Notes: generated by a model not told the origin, from the letters alone. A DNA stretch of 64,000 bases from a virus (IMGVR_UViG_3300049629_001293:1-64000); one strand, 5' to 3'; numbered from the stretch's first letter, positions 20,639 through 30,840 are shown. Program-made: numbers and translations.

Positions 20639-22089
20639 AAGTTAATGGTGCTTACAAGTTTAGAACTAAAGCAATACAAGATAATTTTGTTTCTTTATAT
20701 ATCAAAGTGGAGTTTGGAGGAGAGAATAAAATATCTCATGATGATTTTGCATCCATCGTTTCAAGGGGACTTGTATCAGATTTTTTTAGTCTTCCTCAGT
20801 ACATTGAGGGAGAGGAACTAAACCCAGATTTGAGCACAGATGTCAAGGTGACGCTGTTTGCAAGTAACGGAAAAGGAAGGGTTTTTTATAAACGAGAATT
20901 TCCTAATTATCTTCAATATTCAGGTATATCATCAGGTAGACTTAGTGTTTTTTCTACAGCCTTCGGTCGCCCTAGAGGGACTGATTGGTGGGGTGTTCAT
21001 TGGGGAAATGACTATCACTATTGTTTGGCAGGATTGAAAGCGTATATTGAAATAAACGAAGATGGACTGTATTCTGTCTATGGGGTTATTAATCCAAATT
21101 CCTCTCTTGATGTTTTTACGGGTCTTTATGAACTTGGGGAATATGAATTTTGGGAAAGTGGTATACATAAAAGTTGGGTCAATCCATTCTACTATCACAC
21201 TAGGCGTGGGCATACTTGCCATAATTTGTTTTGGATTAATAGTCAAAAACTTTACTATCCGATCCTGTCATTTAAGGATAATGAACCCTTGGTTGAAATT
21301 GGGAGTTTATCGCATACTGTAGCCCCTGAAAACCCAGCGTACAATCCAATAACAGTATATAACGGAAATTCATTTATAGCGGACTTTTTCTATGTCGGGG
21401 CTGGGGTGTGGACTTCGCCTATAAACGAAGCCGCTTCTTTTGTTCATAAATATCCAAATACGAGTATATTCCCTTTCTCGTCTCCTCGTTTACCTGGTCA
21501 AACAATGGTCTGGAGTTATTATACAGATATGGATGTTAGTTATTCTACTACTCTTAGTGGTGCCGGGTATTCATATCCTCTTTACGCATCAATCATTAAA
21601 GATTCAAAAACAGGGGTTTTATTAGAGTCTAGACAGTCTTCTTCTGGTCTCATAGAGACATTGAGAGATGGGATATTACTGCCTTTTGATTATAGCAGCT
21701 ATTCAAACAGAGAATCATTTGGATTAGGCGGAGTCGCTTATTGGGAGAGACCTGCTTTCTTTCTCTACGATGATAATATTTATAGTTGCAAAAATGCTGT
21801 TTATGATAGCGAAAAAGGCAAGTGGAATATAACAATAGAAAAAAATGTTAGCGTTTCATACAACAATTACCTAGGTGCTATTGACCCTTTTCTGGTTGAT
21901 AAAACGCCTCAAGAATTTACACTTGAACATTCAGGACTTGACCCTGAGTTTACGAAAGCACTCCTTGAAAACGGAAATCCTTTCGTTGCTTCTGGAACTA
22001 GGTGTTTTTCTTCAGAGACTAAAACCTTATGGAGATATTGCAATTCGGCTTTTATTCCTGAATTTGTTGCGTGGGAAGATAAAGTTTAA
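20635..22089 (+). CDS. hypothetical aromatic-rich protein (possibly structural)
   Basis: 484-aa ORF rich in Y/W/F/S. Confidence 0.65.
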   Translation: MKVNGAYKFRTKAIQDNFVSLYIKVEFGGENKISHDDFASIVSRGLVSDFFSLPQYIEGEELNPDLSTDVKVTLFASNGKGRVFYKREFPNYLQYSGISSGRLSVFSTAFGRPRGTDWWGVHWGNDYHYCLAGLKAYIEINEDGLYSVYGVINPNSSLDVFTGLYELGEYEFWESGIHKSWVNPFYYHTRRGHTCHNLFWINSQKLYYPILSFKDNEPLVEIGSLSHTVAPENPAYNPITVYNGNSFIADFFYVGAGVWTSPINEAASFVHKYPNTSIFPFSSPRLPGQTMVWSYYTDMDVSYSTTLSGAGYSYPLYASIIKDSKTGVLLESRQSSSGLIETLRDGILLPFDYSSYSNRESFGLGGVAYWERPAFFLYDDNIYSCKNAVYDSEKGKWNITIEKNVSVSYNNYLGAIDPFLVDKTPQEFTLEHSGLDPEFTKALLENGNPFVASGTRCFSSETKTLWRYCNSAFIPEFVAWEDKV

Positions 22090-22813
22090 GATTTTCAAAG
22101 GTGGGCATCCGTCGCCCGACTTCTGTATCCTCAGAGTATAACCACCAATTGCAAAACGATTGGACTTGATGCTGTTCGGCTATTGATATCAACTCCGACC
22201 ATAGCCCATTACAAATCGCTTTATCGGCAACGGATTTATACCAAAGACTCGCCTCAATAAAATGCACGGGAACATCAAACATCTCAATAATTTTAGGTAA
22301 TCTGGTTAGGATCACCGGAGCATTGTAGGTTTTCAAATGAGTTTGAATCCCTACCTCTACCGGAAAATCCTTAGCTAATTCGTGGCAGATGTTGGCGATC
22401 GCATCCCATTTATTGAATAGGTGGGGTTTGAAATCTCCCAAAATTAATCGGGCTTTGGGGTTGGCAATATGCGCGGCTTCACAATATCGCTTTAAGTCAT
22501 CGAGCTTGTAATTAGGATATGGAACCCCAATGTCATCGGTGAACTCATTTGTTAATACCCATTCATTAATCTTAGGGAATTTTGCAACTCGTTTTTTAAT
22601 CCATTGTTCTATCGTTTCACAACCGGAAAATGGACAGGGCTTATGATGTTTATGCCCATAAAGGAATTGCGCTCGGATAATTTTATCTGGGAAGTCCAGA
22701 GGGTTTTTAGTCCCGTTCCGGTCAACAAATAACTGCCAATGGTAGCCAATCACAACCCCGTCAAATAGCGTTAAGTCCAAAGGTTGTGAACTTCCACAGG
22801 TAAATTGAATCAT
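22052..22813 (-). CDS. glycoside hydrolase family 10-like protein
   Basis: WVLTNE (cf. WDVVNE), AHIANPKARLILGDF, VGIQTH, PVHFIE. Confidence 0.7.
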   Translation of the reverse strand: MIQFTCGSSQPLDLTLFDGVVIGYHWQLFVDRNGTKNPLDFPDKIIRAQFLYGHKHHKPCPFSGCETIEQWIKKRVAKFPKINEWVLTNEFTDDIGVPYPNYKLDDLKRYCEAAHIANPKARLILGDFKPHLFNKWDAIANICHELAKDFPVEVGIQTHLKTYNAPVILTRLPKIIEMFDVPVHFIEASLWYKSVADKAICNGLWSELISIAEQHQVQSFCNWWLYSEDTEVGRRMPTFENLKLYLPTQQIQE

Positions 22814-23295
22814 TAAGTAGCTCCCTCTCCTGCTACCCACCCCCCGTTAAAGGGACGATATAAAATCCCTGTCGAGGTATCTCGCCAGGTCTCTCTCGCA
22901 CTATTGGGGGTCTTAGAAACACTTGCCGGGGTGTTAGTGTGTACGCGCATTCTGGCATCTGTCTCAACCCACGCCGTGCCGTTGTAGACATAGGTTAGGA
23001 CTGAATCATAGTTATTGACCGCCCCATTCTCTTGATATATCCAACGGGTTCCAATCGCAGCCGCCCCCGTTGGCGTGGTAGTGGCGACAACCGTAGAATC
23101 TCTGGATATAAACCATCTACCTCCGCCCGTGGCAGTGTAGCAACTTTTACTATTTGCTGTTGAGGTAGTGTCTGTTTTAACCAATGCTAACCAGGTTTTT
23201 TCTGTAATAGCCCAGAAAGTTATACCATCCTGCAAAGTTGTCACATCTAAAGCCACAATCGCGGCTATATTGGCTTTACTTCCCATCCAAGGCAT
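22813..23295 (-). CDS. putative tail fibre/virion accessory protein
   Basis: T/A/G-rich; GGGRW, YVYNGTAWV, W.DTSTG.LY...GGW repeats typical of fibres. Confidence 0.5.
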   Translation of the reverse strand: MPWMGSKANIAAIVALDVTTLQDGITFWAITEKTWLALVKTDTTSTANSKSCYTATGGGRWFISRDSTVVATTTPTGAAAIGTRWIYQENGAVNNYDSVLTYVYNGTAWVETDARMRVHTNTPASVSKTPNSARETWRDTSTGILYRPFNGGWVAGEGAT

Positions 23296-23299
23296 TATC

Positions 23300-23656
23300 T
23301 TAAATCTCCGCTATAGTTATATTCGATAATACAGGAATAAAGTTAGGGATTGCCCCGTTCCAATCTTCTAAAACTTCAGAGTTCCAACCATCGCTAGAAT
23401 CCCAAAATAAATTAACAGGGGTATCGGTAGCAAAAGCCTTAACCTCTGTTAATGCAGGAGCGAGTAACTTGGTTTGAAGTTGGAATGGAAAACCCCGATC
23501 TATCTTAGCATTAACCATAAAAGGTTTTAAGCTAAAGTAGGCATCCGTTACAGAAAGATTGCTAACCATTCCCCCGATAATCATAGTATCAGTGGCAGCC
23601 GTGAATAGAAGTTTTTGCCCTTCTATTCTTTGGTTTAGGTTTGTTGCGATCGCCAT
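23300..23656 (-). CDS. hypothetical protein
   Basis: AGGAG RBS; operon-coupled. Confidence 0.6.
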   Translation of the reverse strand: MAIATNLNQRIEGQKLLFTAATDTMIIGGMVSNLSVTDAYFSLKPFMVNAKIDRGFPFQLQTKLLAPALTEVKAFATDTPVNLFWDSSDGWNSEVLEDWNGAIPNFIPVLSNITIAEI

Positions 23657-23908
23657 TTAGTCTCCTGTTGTGAGCTTACCTAAAGTTATTCCATCAATTG
23701 TCCAACCTTCTCTATCAACTATCGCCACAATCTTTGACATGATCTCCAATTTTTCAGTCAAGGAAATATCATCTAAGTCCATTGTTGTTAACAATTTCTG
23801 GATCTCCTTGTAAGCATAGCTCGGCATATCTGAATCTTTGTGAAGTTCTATCTTTACAGTCGTTGCAATTGCCATTGTCTTCTCCCCTAGCTTTTCTGAT
23901 TGCCACAC
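23657..23908 (-). CDS. hypothetical protein
   Basis: Likely starts at the internal MAIATTVK with a GGGGAG RBS. Confidence 0.5.
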   Translation of the reverse strand: MWQSEKLGEKTMAIATTVKIELHKDSDMPSYAYKEIQKLLTTMDLDDISLTEKLEIMSKIVAIVDREGWTIDGITLGKLTTGD

Positions 23909-24060
23909 CCGTCAATCGGTAGATTTCTTTACTACACATTCTCACTATGTCATTAAGGATACCTTTCTTTTCGTCATCGTTTACACCCCACCCTTTAAGC
24001 TCAACAACTAATCTTTCTAGTTGTTCAATATTTAAAGGGGGATTTTCTTGATATTGTCCT

Positions 24061-24342
24061 CTATTTTCCACTCCCCACTACCTCCTTGAAGTTTTTCCCT
24101 GCCGAAAACACGGGGACAGTAACCGCAGGGATAATCATTGTTTCACCTGTTTTTGGGTTTCTTCCTTCTCTTTCCTTTCGTTCCCGTGACTGAAAAGAAC
24201 CAAAACCAACCAATGTTACCTTATCTTGATTAGAAACCGCTTCCATAATCGTATCTAAAGCCGCTGTCAACACAGTGCCAGCTTGTTTTTTAGATACGCC
24301 AGCGCGTTCTGCCACGGCATCCACTAATTCACATTTATTCAT
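24061..24342 (-). CDS. hup: histone-like DNA-binding protein HU
   Basis: MNK.EL...VA, VTLVGFGSF, REGRNPKTGE..IPA..VP.F.AGK. Confidence 0.95.
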   Translation of the reverse strand: MNKCELVDAVAERAGVSKKQAGTVLTAALDTIMEAVSNQDKVTLVGFGSFQSRERKEREGRNPKTGETMIIPAVTVPVFSAGKNFKEVVGSGK

Positions 24343-24387
24343 TGATCCACCTTCAGCTTAGTAATTAAGTTAATAATATCACAAAAC

Positions 24388-24606
24388 CTAAAGGACATGG
24401 GAGTTTTCTGTGATTCCAATTATTTTTATTCTTTCCCGCAAAACTTCTTTATATTTTTTCATCGCACTTAATTGGCAAAGTTGCCTCTGTCTTTCCCCAT
24501 TTGAGACGCGATTCAGTGCAGGGTTGGAACCGATAAAACTTGCTAGTTTTTGAATCCTAGAATCAAGTTCCTCTTGCTCTAGGTATATATCACTCGACTT
24601 ATTCAT
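24388..24606 (-). CDS. crAss001_48-like small helical phage protein
   Basis: E..ELD.RI.KL..FI...Q..AM..Y..VL.ERI pattern. Confidence 0.6.
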   Translation of the reverse strand: MNKSSDIYLEQEELDSRIQKLASFIGSNPALNRVSNGERQRQLCQLSAMKKYKEVLRERIKIIGITENSHVL

Positions 24607-24928
24607 TGTAAACTAATAATTTGAACGAGACAATGGTGGGCTAGGTCAAGGATTACCCAGGTCAGGGATTACCCAGACACACAGCATGAAGCAGACGTTC
24701 ACCCACCACTATTATTTTAACATTTTACTTGATTTTTGACCGATTGAGAGAGGCGGAGGATCTGGATCTCGGCGATCGCCCTGGGCAATACAAAACTTCA
24801 AACACACCCCACGCCCCTATCTTACCGATGAAGAATTAAAACAGGGATTGTTTGGAGTATTAGAGGAGGGTTGACGAGATAAACAGATAGAATCCAAATC
24901 AGGAGGGTGGTCTATTCAACCATCAGCA

Positions 24929-25144
24929 TTAAAAGCAATGCGGCTTCATTGCTCTTAATAAATTTGTCCGTATCATATCATTTTGGGTTACTTGCAGGAT
25001 AAAATCTCGCATCTCATCAAACCCTTCCCGTATTCTCCCTGAATCTATTGCGAATTGGATTTTCATATCGACTTCGGCCTTGATTGAGGCTAACTGAAAT
25101 TGCTGTTCTAAAGACAATGCTCCGGGTTCTTGCTTTGCTTGCAT
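24929..25144 (-). CDS. nblA: NblA-like phycobilisome degradation adaptor
   Basis: LSLEQQF N-terminal signature and a ..DF...M.R.N...M C-terminal helix, with an insertion. Confidence 0.6.
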   Translation of the reverse strand: MQAKQEPGALSLEQQFQLASIKAEVDMKIQFAIDSGRIREGFDEMRDFILQVTQNDMIRTNLLRAMKPHCF

Positions 25145-25502
25145 GGTTTATCCCTTTCAATAGATAGTGAATTTACCCTATCTTATCCTGTGGATCGCTA
25201 AGAGAAAGATGTTATTGATACATTTAGGTGTTGCCCTAACGAATACCGTGTAACACGCTAACCTTTGTCGGGAGGGTAGGGGGGTCTTTTGGGGATTATG
25301 TGTTATAGTGAATATGGCTTAGGCTAGAACTGCTCTCGCACCACACGCAGTTTAGTTCAGTCCTTGGCTCCTTAACTCTTTGTTTTTCGATTTATTGTCC
25401 CAGGAGAAATCTTGGGACACTTTTTTGTTTATAGGGGTTGAGTTTTCCCTGGTGTTTGAGTTATAGTTAAAGCAGGAAACAAGGAGTAAAGAGCAAGGAC
25501 AC

Positions 25503-25853
25503 ATGAATTGTTTAGACTGGATTAATTGGCGGAGCAATGGCTTCCGCGACTACACCGTTAATTTCCGGCTATGGCGTAACATTATCAGTCGCACTCGCCC
25601 CTGTGATTACCAGATCATTGCTTTTTGGTATTGGTTGAATTATCCTAGCTCAGATGGGGGCGGTTTCGGAATCAGGGAACATTCCCCCTACAAGATATGG
25701 CTTGAGGAACTGCGATTAATTGAGAAATTCGTGGGATTTGGTTTTCCTTTTAGAAATTACCCTCACTGGCGAAATTGTGTAAACTCTAGGGGGGAGTCGT
25801 GGAACAATCCCAAAAGTAAAACGGTTAGTGAAGGTCAATTAAGTTTGTTTTAG
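25503..25853 (+). CDS. hypothetical Trp-rich protein
   Basis: AAGGA RBS; ends in QLSLF (clamp-binding-like motif). Confidence 0.6.
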   Translation: MNCLDWINWRSNGFRDYTVNFRLWRNIISRTRPCDYQIIAFWYWLNYPSSDGGGFGIREHSPYKIWLEELRLIEKFVGFGFPFRNYPHWRNCVNSRGESWNNPKSKTVSEGQLSLF

Positions 25854-25894
25854 CTAAGTTTGTTTTAGCAATCACCAAGGGAGACAAGTCAAAA

Positions 25895-26203
25895 ATGGAA
25901 TTATTAACTTTCAAATCATTCAAAGAACAAATCAAGAAACTGTTTCCCCATTTCCACGAAGAAGTGGAGATTCACGCCGCAAACTTAACGGAATCAGCAT
26001 GGGAATCCATAACGATATTGTATATTGCGAAGTTTGGCTACGATGATCCGAATGAGCATATTGTTGAATACGAAACAAGCGGGTGTTTTTATTACCACTC
26101 CCAGAAAATTATTGGGGTTGGCAAAACACTCTCGGATGCCATAGAAGATCATCGGGTAAAAGCTAAATCTAATCTTTCTTTCCTTTCAATGTCCAAAAGT
26201 TAA
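25895..26203 (+). CDS. hypothetical protein
   Basis: 102-aa co-oriented ORF. Confidence 0.6.
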   Translation: MELLTFKSFKEQIKKLFPHFHEEVEIHAANLTESAWESITILYIAKFGYDDPNEHIVEYETSGCFYYHSQKIIGVGKTLSDAIEDHRVKAKSNLSFLSMSKS

Positions 26204-26324
26204 GCCAGATTACCGTGTAACACAGCAATTATGGCTTGACGAATCCAAGAAAGTGAGTTATGTTTAAAGATAGGAAGTCGCAAAACCAACAACAGCGAGT
26301 CCTATCTTTTTTATATCAAAAACA

Positions 26325-28601
26325 ATGGCAAATCCAACCCCAAGGCAACTAGATCATTTTTTTAAAGGGAAGTGGAATAACCTCCCCACTAAAGTAATTC
26401 GACTCCCTGAAGTCTTCCATAATAAAGCATACGAGATATGCAAACTTCTTGACAATGGAGTAGATCCACTCGCAAGAGTAGATCCACTCGCAAGAGTAGA
26501 TCCACTCGCAAGAGTAGAATCCGTGCCACAAACCTCTCCCTGGACAATGGAGGCGGTTCGGGACTGGATGGTTCACGAAGATCGGGAACTGCCTGAACTC
26601 CTGCCGTTAGAGCAAATATTAACAAAAGCGATCGCCGATGCCAGGGAACGGAAGATTGACCGCAGACTGGAACGAGCCGTTTGTTTTTTGGCTGACCGAT
26701 GCGACGGAGCCAGGGAACATGATGGGTGCGGTTTTAATACCTGCGATTCCCAGTTTGGGAAATGGATTGCGGAACGAGTGCGGAGTGGTAAGCATCTATC
26801 GGGAAATATGGCAAAAGCCACACTCAAGATGCTGCAAAAGTATGTCCGGCAGTTAGAGAATAGCGGGTTAGTTCTACCGGAGTGGGAAGCGATCGCCCAC
26901 CAATATCAAGCTACACCCGAACCCTCACAAGAGGAAAAGCCACCAAAACGGATTGAGGTTATCGGACATCGGCTCTGTGTTTTCCATCCCTTTGACGGGA
27001 CGGGAGCATTCCAACAGAAAGCTAAAACCGTCCGAGGCTATAAATTTAACGAGTTGAATAACAAAGGATGGTGTTATCCCCACAGCGTATTAGAGGACTT
27101 AATTAAGGTGTTTCCCCAATCAGACTTTTACTATGACGACGAGATTCAGACCATGATCCATTTAATTGAAATCAAGAAAGCCGAAGCCGAGGCGGAACTC
27201 CATGCCGAAGCATTAGGAAAAGCAACCCGAATTATGGGGTTAGTCGAGAAGGCAAAAATAGACCAACCTCTCTCAAATGGTTGGATATTGCGAGACTATC
27301 AACAGAAAGGGGTTGAGTGGCTCCTGGCTCACAGCGAGGGCGGGATTTATAAAGGAGGCATCCTAGCCGACGATATGGGACTAGGGAAAACCTTAGAATC
27401 CCTAGTGGCAGCAAAAGCCCTGCAACGGACTCACAACTGCCCTGTGTTTGTGGTTTGCCCTGTATCTTTGATGGAGGGTTGGCGACGGGCAGCTACAATG
27501 GTAGAGGTTGAGGTAGAGTTGTTCTCTAATCACTTTAGTCAAATCCCTGCACCCTTAGAAAGCGGGGGTTTTGTGGTAATCTTTGACGAGGCACATAGCT
27601 TTCAAGATCCCACATCAAAGCGGACAAAAAAATTCTTGAATTTATGCCTTGCCGAGAATTGCATCGCCGCATGGCTTCTGACCGGAACGCCAATGAAAAA
27701 CGGACGACCAATTAACCTGATGCCCCTTTTGATGGCGGTTGAACATCCCCTCGTGCAGAACAAACATAAATTTCAGGAGCGATACTGCAACGGGCATCGG
27801 AAGGTCATTAACTCCTACGGAAAGACTGTCTGGGACGTGACCGGAGCCGCATTCTTGGACGAACTTAGCCAGAAAACCCATGACGTTATCCTGCGGCGGA
27901 CTAAAAAAGAATGCCTCCCTGAACTGCCACCAAAGACCCGAATCTTTAAGCAAGCGGAATTAGAGAAAACTCGTGCATCTGAATACCATGCCGAGATTAA
28001 AGCCTTAGTTCAAAACTACAAAGACCGTGCCGATGCAGGGGAGGTTGACCCCTCTGCCGAGGCCCTTGTTACCCTGAATATACTGCGAGGAGTGGGGAGT
28101 CGTTACAAGGCTGACAGCGCCATCACACTCGCCCAAGAACTGCTAGAACAAGGGCAGCAGGTGGTGATTTTCACCGAATTTATTGAGAGTGCCAAGGCTA
28201 TCAATGCGGCGCTTGGGGGTGAGCTACTTATTGGGGGAGTAGATCCATTACTCCGACAGGATATGGTAGATCGGTTCCAAGCTGGGAAAAGTAAGGTGTT
28301 TGTCGGGACAATTAAATCCGGTGGGGTAGGTTTGACACTGACCGCGGCATCAAACGTAATCCTAGTGGATCGGGCATGGACTCCAGGTGACTGTGAACAA
28401 GCCGAGGATCGGTGTTATCGCCTCGGACAACTAAATGCAGTCTTCTGCCACTGGCTGAAATTTGGGACGGTTGACGAGGCGATTGACTCGTTGGTTGGCG
28501 AGAAGCAAGAGCGAATTGAGATTGTCTTAAAGGGCAAAACCCACACTATCAAAGCATCCTCCCCGATGGAATTAGCTAAGCAATTACTACGGATTTTATA
28601 G
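26325..28601 (+). CDS. SNF2-family helicase
   Basis: LRDYQ, LADDMGLGKT, DEAH, LTGTP..N, RRTK, GVGLTLT, QAEDRCYRLGQ; N-terminal CDGA..DG.GFN domain. Confidence 0.92.
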   Translation: MANPTPRQLDHFFKGKWNNLPTKVIRLPEVFHNKAYEICKLLDNGVDPLARVDPLARVDPLARVESVPQTSPWTMEAVRDWMVHEDRELPELLPLEQILTKAIADARERKIDRRLERAVCFLADRCDGAREHDGCGFNTCDSQFGKWIAERVRSGKHLSGNMAKATLKMLQKYVRQLENSGLVLPEWEAIAHQYQATPEPSQEEKPPKRIEVIGHRLCVFHPFDGTGAFQQKAKTVRGYKFNELNNKGWCYPHSVLEDLIKVFPQSDFYYDDEIQTMIHLIEIKKAEAEAELHAEALGKATRIMGLVEKAKIDQPLSNGWILRDYQQKGVEWLLAHSEGGIYKGGILADDMGLGKTLESLVAAKALQRTHNCPVFVVCPVSLMEGWRRAATMVEVEVELFSNHFSQIPAPLESGGFVVIFDEAHSFQDPTSKRTKKFLNLCLAENCIAAWLLTGTPMKNGRPINLMPLLMAVEHPLVQNKHKFQERYCNGHRKVINSYGKTVWDVTGAAFLDELSQKTHDVILRRTKKECLPELPPKTRIFKQAELEKTRASEYHAEIKALVQNYKDRADAGEVDPSAEALVTLNILRGVGSRYKADSAITLAQELLEQGQQVVIFTEFIESAKAINAALGGELLIGGVDPLLRQDMVDRFQAGKSKVFVGTIKSGGVGLTLTAASNVILVDRAWTPGDCEQAEDRCYRLGQLNAVFCHWLKFGTVDEAIDSLVGEKQERIEIVLKGKTHTIKASSPMELAKQLLRIL

Positions 28602-28648
28602 GAAAAGATTAAACCCGCCATCCTAGTTAGGGAACGGCAGGTTAATTT

Positions 28649-29020
28649 TCAGTTCTTTTTGCTTTTAGCTGTTCTCTTTTCTTTAACTTTTGCAACCCTT
28701 TCTGGTATTTTTCGAGGGATAATCTCAACGTTTCCCCATAACCACTGGGAATCGTTAATCTCCTTGAAAACCAAGTAATAGCGCGGAGGTTTTCCTTCTT
28801 GTAAAACGTGCAGTGTCGTTTCCTCACGATCTGCTTCTGGGTTGTACCGAGTAGGAGAAATCTTACAATAGTATGAAGGACATCCAATCCCCTCCTCTAC
28901 TCCCTCTCCAAACTCTACCGTGGGGTTGGCAAAAACATAAGAAACTTGTTTATACATAACTTGCAACTTATACTTGTAACACGCGAAACCTAGGCATTTA
29001 ACTCCCTGTCCAGAAAGCAA
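28649..29020 (-). CDS. hypothetical protein
   Basis: ORF downstream of thyX; start uncertain. Confidence 0.45.
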   Translation of the reverse strand: MLSGQGVKCLGFACYKYKLQVMYKQVSYVFANPTVEFGEGVEEGIGCPSYYCKISPTRYNPEADREETTLHVLQEGKPPRYYLVFKEINDSQWLWGNVEIIPRKIPERVAKVKEKRTAKSKKN

Positions 29021-29023
29021 AAA

Positions 29024-29743
29024 TTAGGGAGCAAGCCGAGCTTTCCCTAATCTATTTTTTTCATACCAAGCTGAAATCTCAGGAACCCATTCTTGAGTAT
29101 GGGCCCACATCATTTCAGAGAGTTTTTGAATCTCTAATTGAGCATCTTTTTTGAATCTTAAATCGAGAAAATGTAACAGTGAACGCAGGTTACAAGACAT
29201 AACAAAATGCTGTCTGAAATCGAACGGGATTAAACCCCTGGCGTGTTCTTCACTCATCCCAGACTCAATGTTTTGTTTATACAAACCACAAGCATCTACA
29301 CAGTGTTGTAAATGGATTTCTCTTAATTCAGGTGAATAATAATATTTTTTCCCTTGGCGATCGCTGTAATTCCCCACCGGACGGAGGTAAAAAACATCTT
29401 CTAAACTTCTCTTGAAGTTGATTACATCAACAATCCTCTGCCCTGAGTAGCGCCCAGACTGAACATCGAAACTAGCTATTCTATGCCGGGTTGCCTGTTG
29501 CATCACACTATGGGGGAAATATCCTACACTAAAAACGATGTGGCAGTGCTCTAACACTCCAAAGTGTCCTCTATTTCCCTCTAGTAATCGTTTAACGGCT
29601 ATCTCCCCACACTTAATTTCAGAAGGGGTTTTATCAAGGCTTTCATATATATAATCCTCACTATAATCCTGATGGAGAGCCAGATACATTATTGTCTGGG
29701 GATTAGCTGTTTTCGATAAAACATCAACCTTGAATCTGTCCAT
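29024..29743 (-). CDS. thyX: FAD-dependent thymidylate synthase
   Basis: GHFGVLEH, QATRHR...VQSGRY, EHARG, NLRSL.HFLDLR...AQ.EI. Confidence 0.93.
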   Translation of the reverse strand: MDRFKVDVLSKTANPQTIMYLALHQDYSEDYIYESLDKTPSEIKCGEIAVKRLLEGNRGHFGVLEHCHIVFSVGYFPHSVMQQATRHRIASFDVQSGRYSGQRIVDVINFKRSLEDVFYLRPVGNYSDRQGKKYYYSPELREIHLQHCVDACGLYKQNIESGMSEEHARGLIPFDFRQHFVMSCNLRSLLHFLDLRFKKDAQLEIQKLSEMMWAHTQEWVPEISAWYEKNRLGKARLAP

Positions 29744-29865
29744 TAATCTCCTGCTCTTTTGTGCATCGTAATCATACCATTATATCATTTAATCACCCAT
29801 CCCAAAATGGCCCACTTCCTAAAATGGCCATAATTTGTCCCCAAAAAAAAAGTTTTAAAAACCCC

Positions 29866-29894
29866 TTGACATTTCCTAGGGTATCAGTTATAGT
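29866..29894 (+). promoter_or_regulatory. sigma70-type early promoter, class A
   Basis: TTGACA-17bp-TATAGT followed by TAGGAAAGTAGAGAACAAAGAGC. Confidence 0.75.
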
Positions 29895-29927
29895 TAGGAA
29901 AGTAGAGAACAAAGAGCTAAAACGACC

Positions 29928-30098
29928 ATGAACTATAGAGAACTTCAACAATCCTTAAAAGTTTACCGTGCATTGGGTTTGACCATAGTCAAGCTCAATC
30001 AAAAAACGGCCGTTCTTCAGGCCGAATATAACCGGATTCAAGCCCAACAACAAGCCAGGATGCGATCGCACAAGCCCTACAAGTTGAAAACCAGATGA
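29928..30098 (+). CDS. 56-aa early protein (below the ORF-track cutoff)
   Basis: Manual translation MNYRELQQSLKVYRALGLTIVKLNQKTAVLQAEYNRIQ..., directly after the promoter. Confidence 0.55.
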   Translation: MNYRELQQSLKVYRALGLTIVKLNQKTAVLQAEYNRIQAQQQARMRSHKPYKLKTR

Positions 30099-30178
30099 AT
30101 GACGCTATAGGGATCGCGTTGACGAAAATCTAGTAAGCACACCCTATAGCACACCTAAAATAGTATGAGGACGATAAA

Positions 30179-30415
30179 ATGATGTCATCAACAAAGTTTC
30201 AAATTGATTATTTCTTAACAACATCAAACTATATTCCTATTACCGAAGCAGGGTATCCCAACGGCTGTCAACTAGGACTAGGGGAGACCATTGCCTTCTT
30301 TTCAGGGATAGACTCCCGTGGATACACCATCCAAGCTGTCTACCGAGTCTCTGGGGTCGCAGATGACCCCGAACGGGGAGTGGTTGCCCAATTGCACTAT
30401 ATCGGGCAAAGTTGA
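30179..30415 (+). CDS. hypothetical protein
   Basis: GAGG RBS; followed by a hairpin. Confidence 0.55.
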   Translation: MMSSTKFQIDYFLTTSNYIPITEAGYPNGCQLGLGETIAFFSGIDSRGYTIQAVYRVSGVADDPERGVVAQLHYIGQS

Positions 30416-30448
30416 CCCCATACCCTATAAACCCTCTACAGCCTCCTT

Positions 30449-30529
30449 AAACCTAGGGAGGTTTTGTTTTGCCAAAAACCTAGGGAGGTTTTGTTTTGCC
30501 AAAAACCTAGGGAGGTTTTGTTTTGCCAA
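30449..30529. repeat. 27-bp tandem repeat x3 overlapping a terminator-like hairpin
   Basis: AAACCTAGGGAGGTTTTGTTTTGCCAA x3; CCTCC..GGAGG-TTTT stem. Confidence 0.9.
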
Positions 30530-30725
30530 AGTAAAGGATAACCCCATTCGTCAGTTTAGAGGCCAATAATAGGGAATTTGAGGAGGGTTGACACTGGTTT
30601 TAGTAGATTCCCATTGTGACCATCCCCTCAAGCCCTCAAACCCCGTCATCCCCGTGTGGTTTTCAGCCCTCCCATTAGATCTAATGGAGGGGGGATCTTT
30701 ATCCTTCTGTGTCACACCAAAAAAT

Positions 30726-30840
30726 TTGTCACAGTGAATTCTGTCACACTGAATTCTGTCACACTGAATTTTTATCACAGTGTTTTTTATTAATCTTCTA
30801 TTATGTTTTAGTGTGACAGCGATTATCTCGTTGTTTGTAT
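30726..30840 (-). repeat. inverted copy of primase-internal segment 12677-12780
   Basis: Reverse complement matches, including GCTGTCACAC.AAAACATAATAGAAGATTAATAAAAAACACTG and AATTCAGTGTGA. Confidence 0.9.

Noticed and set aside
24388-24606. Anti-CBASS/Thoeris sponge (Acb2/Tad) assignment
   Set aside because: Pattern fits a crAss001_48-like helical protein; Acb2/Tad signatures are not evident
25318-25370. Possible tRNA/ncRNA (also 24632-24713)
   Set aside because: Simple hairpins with no cloverleaf or T-loop consensus
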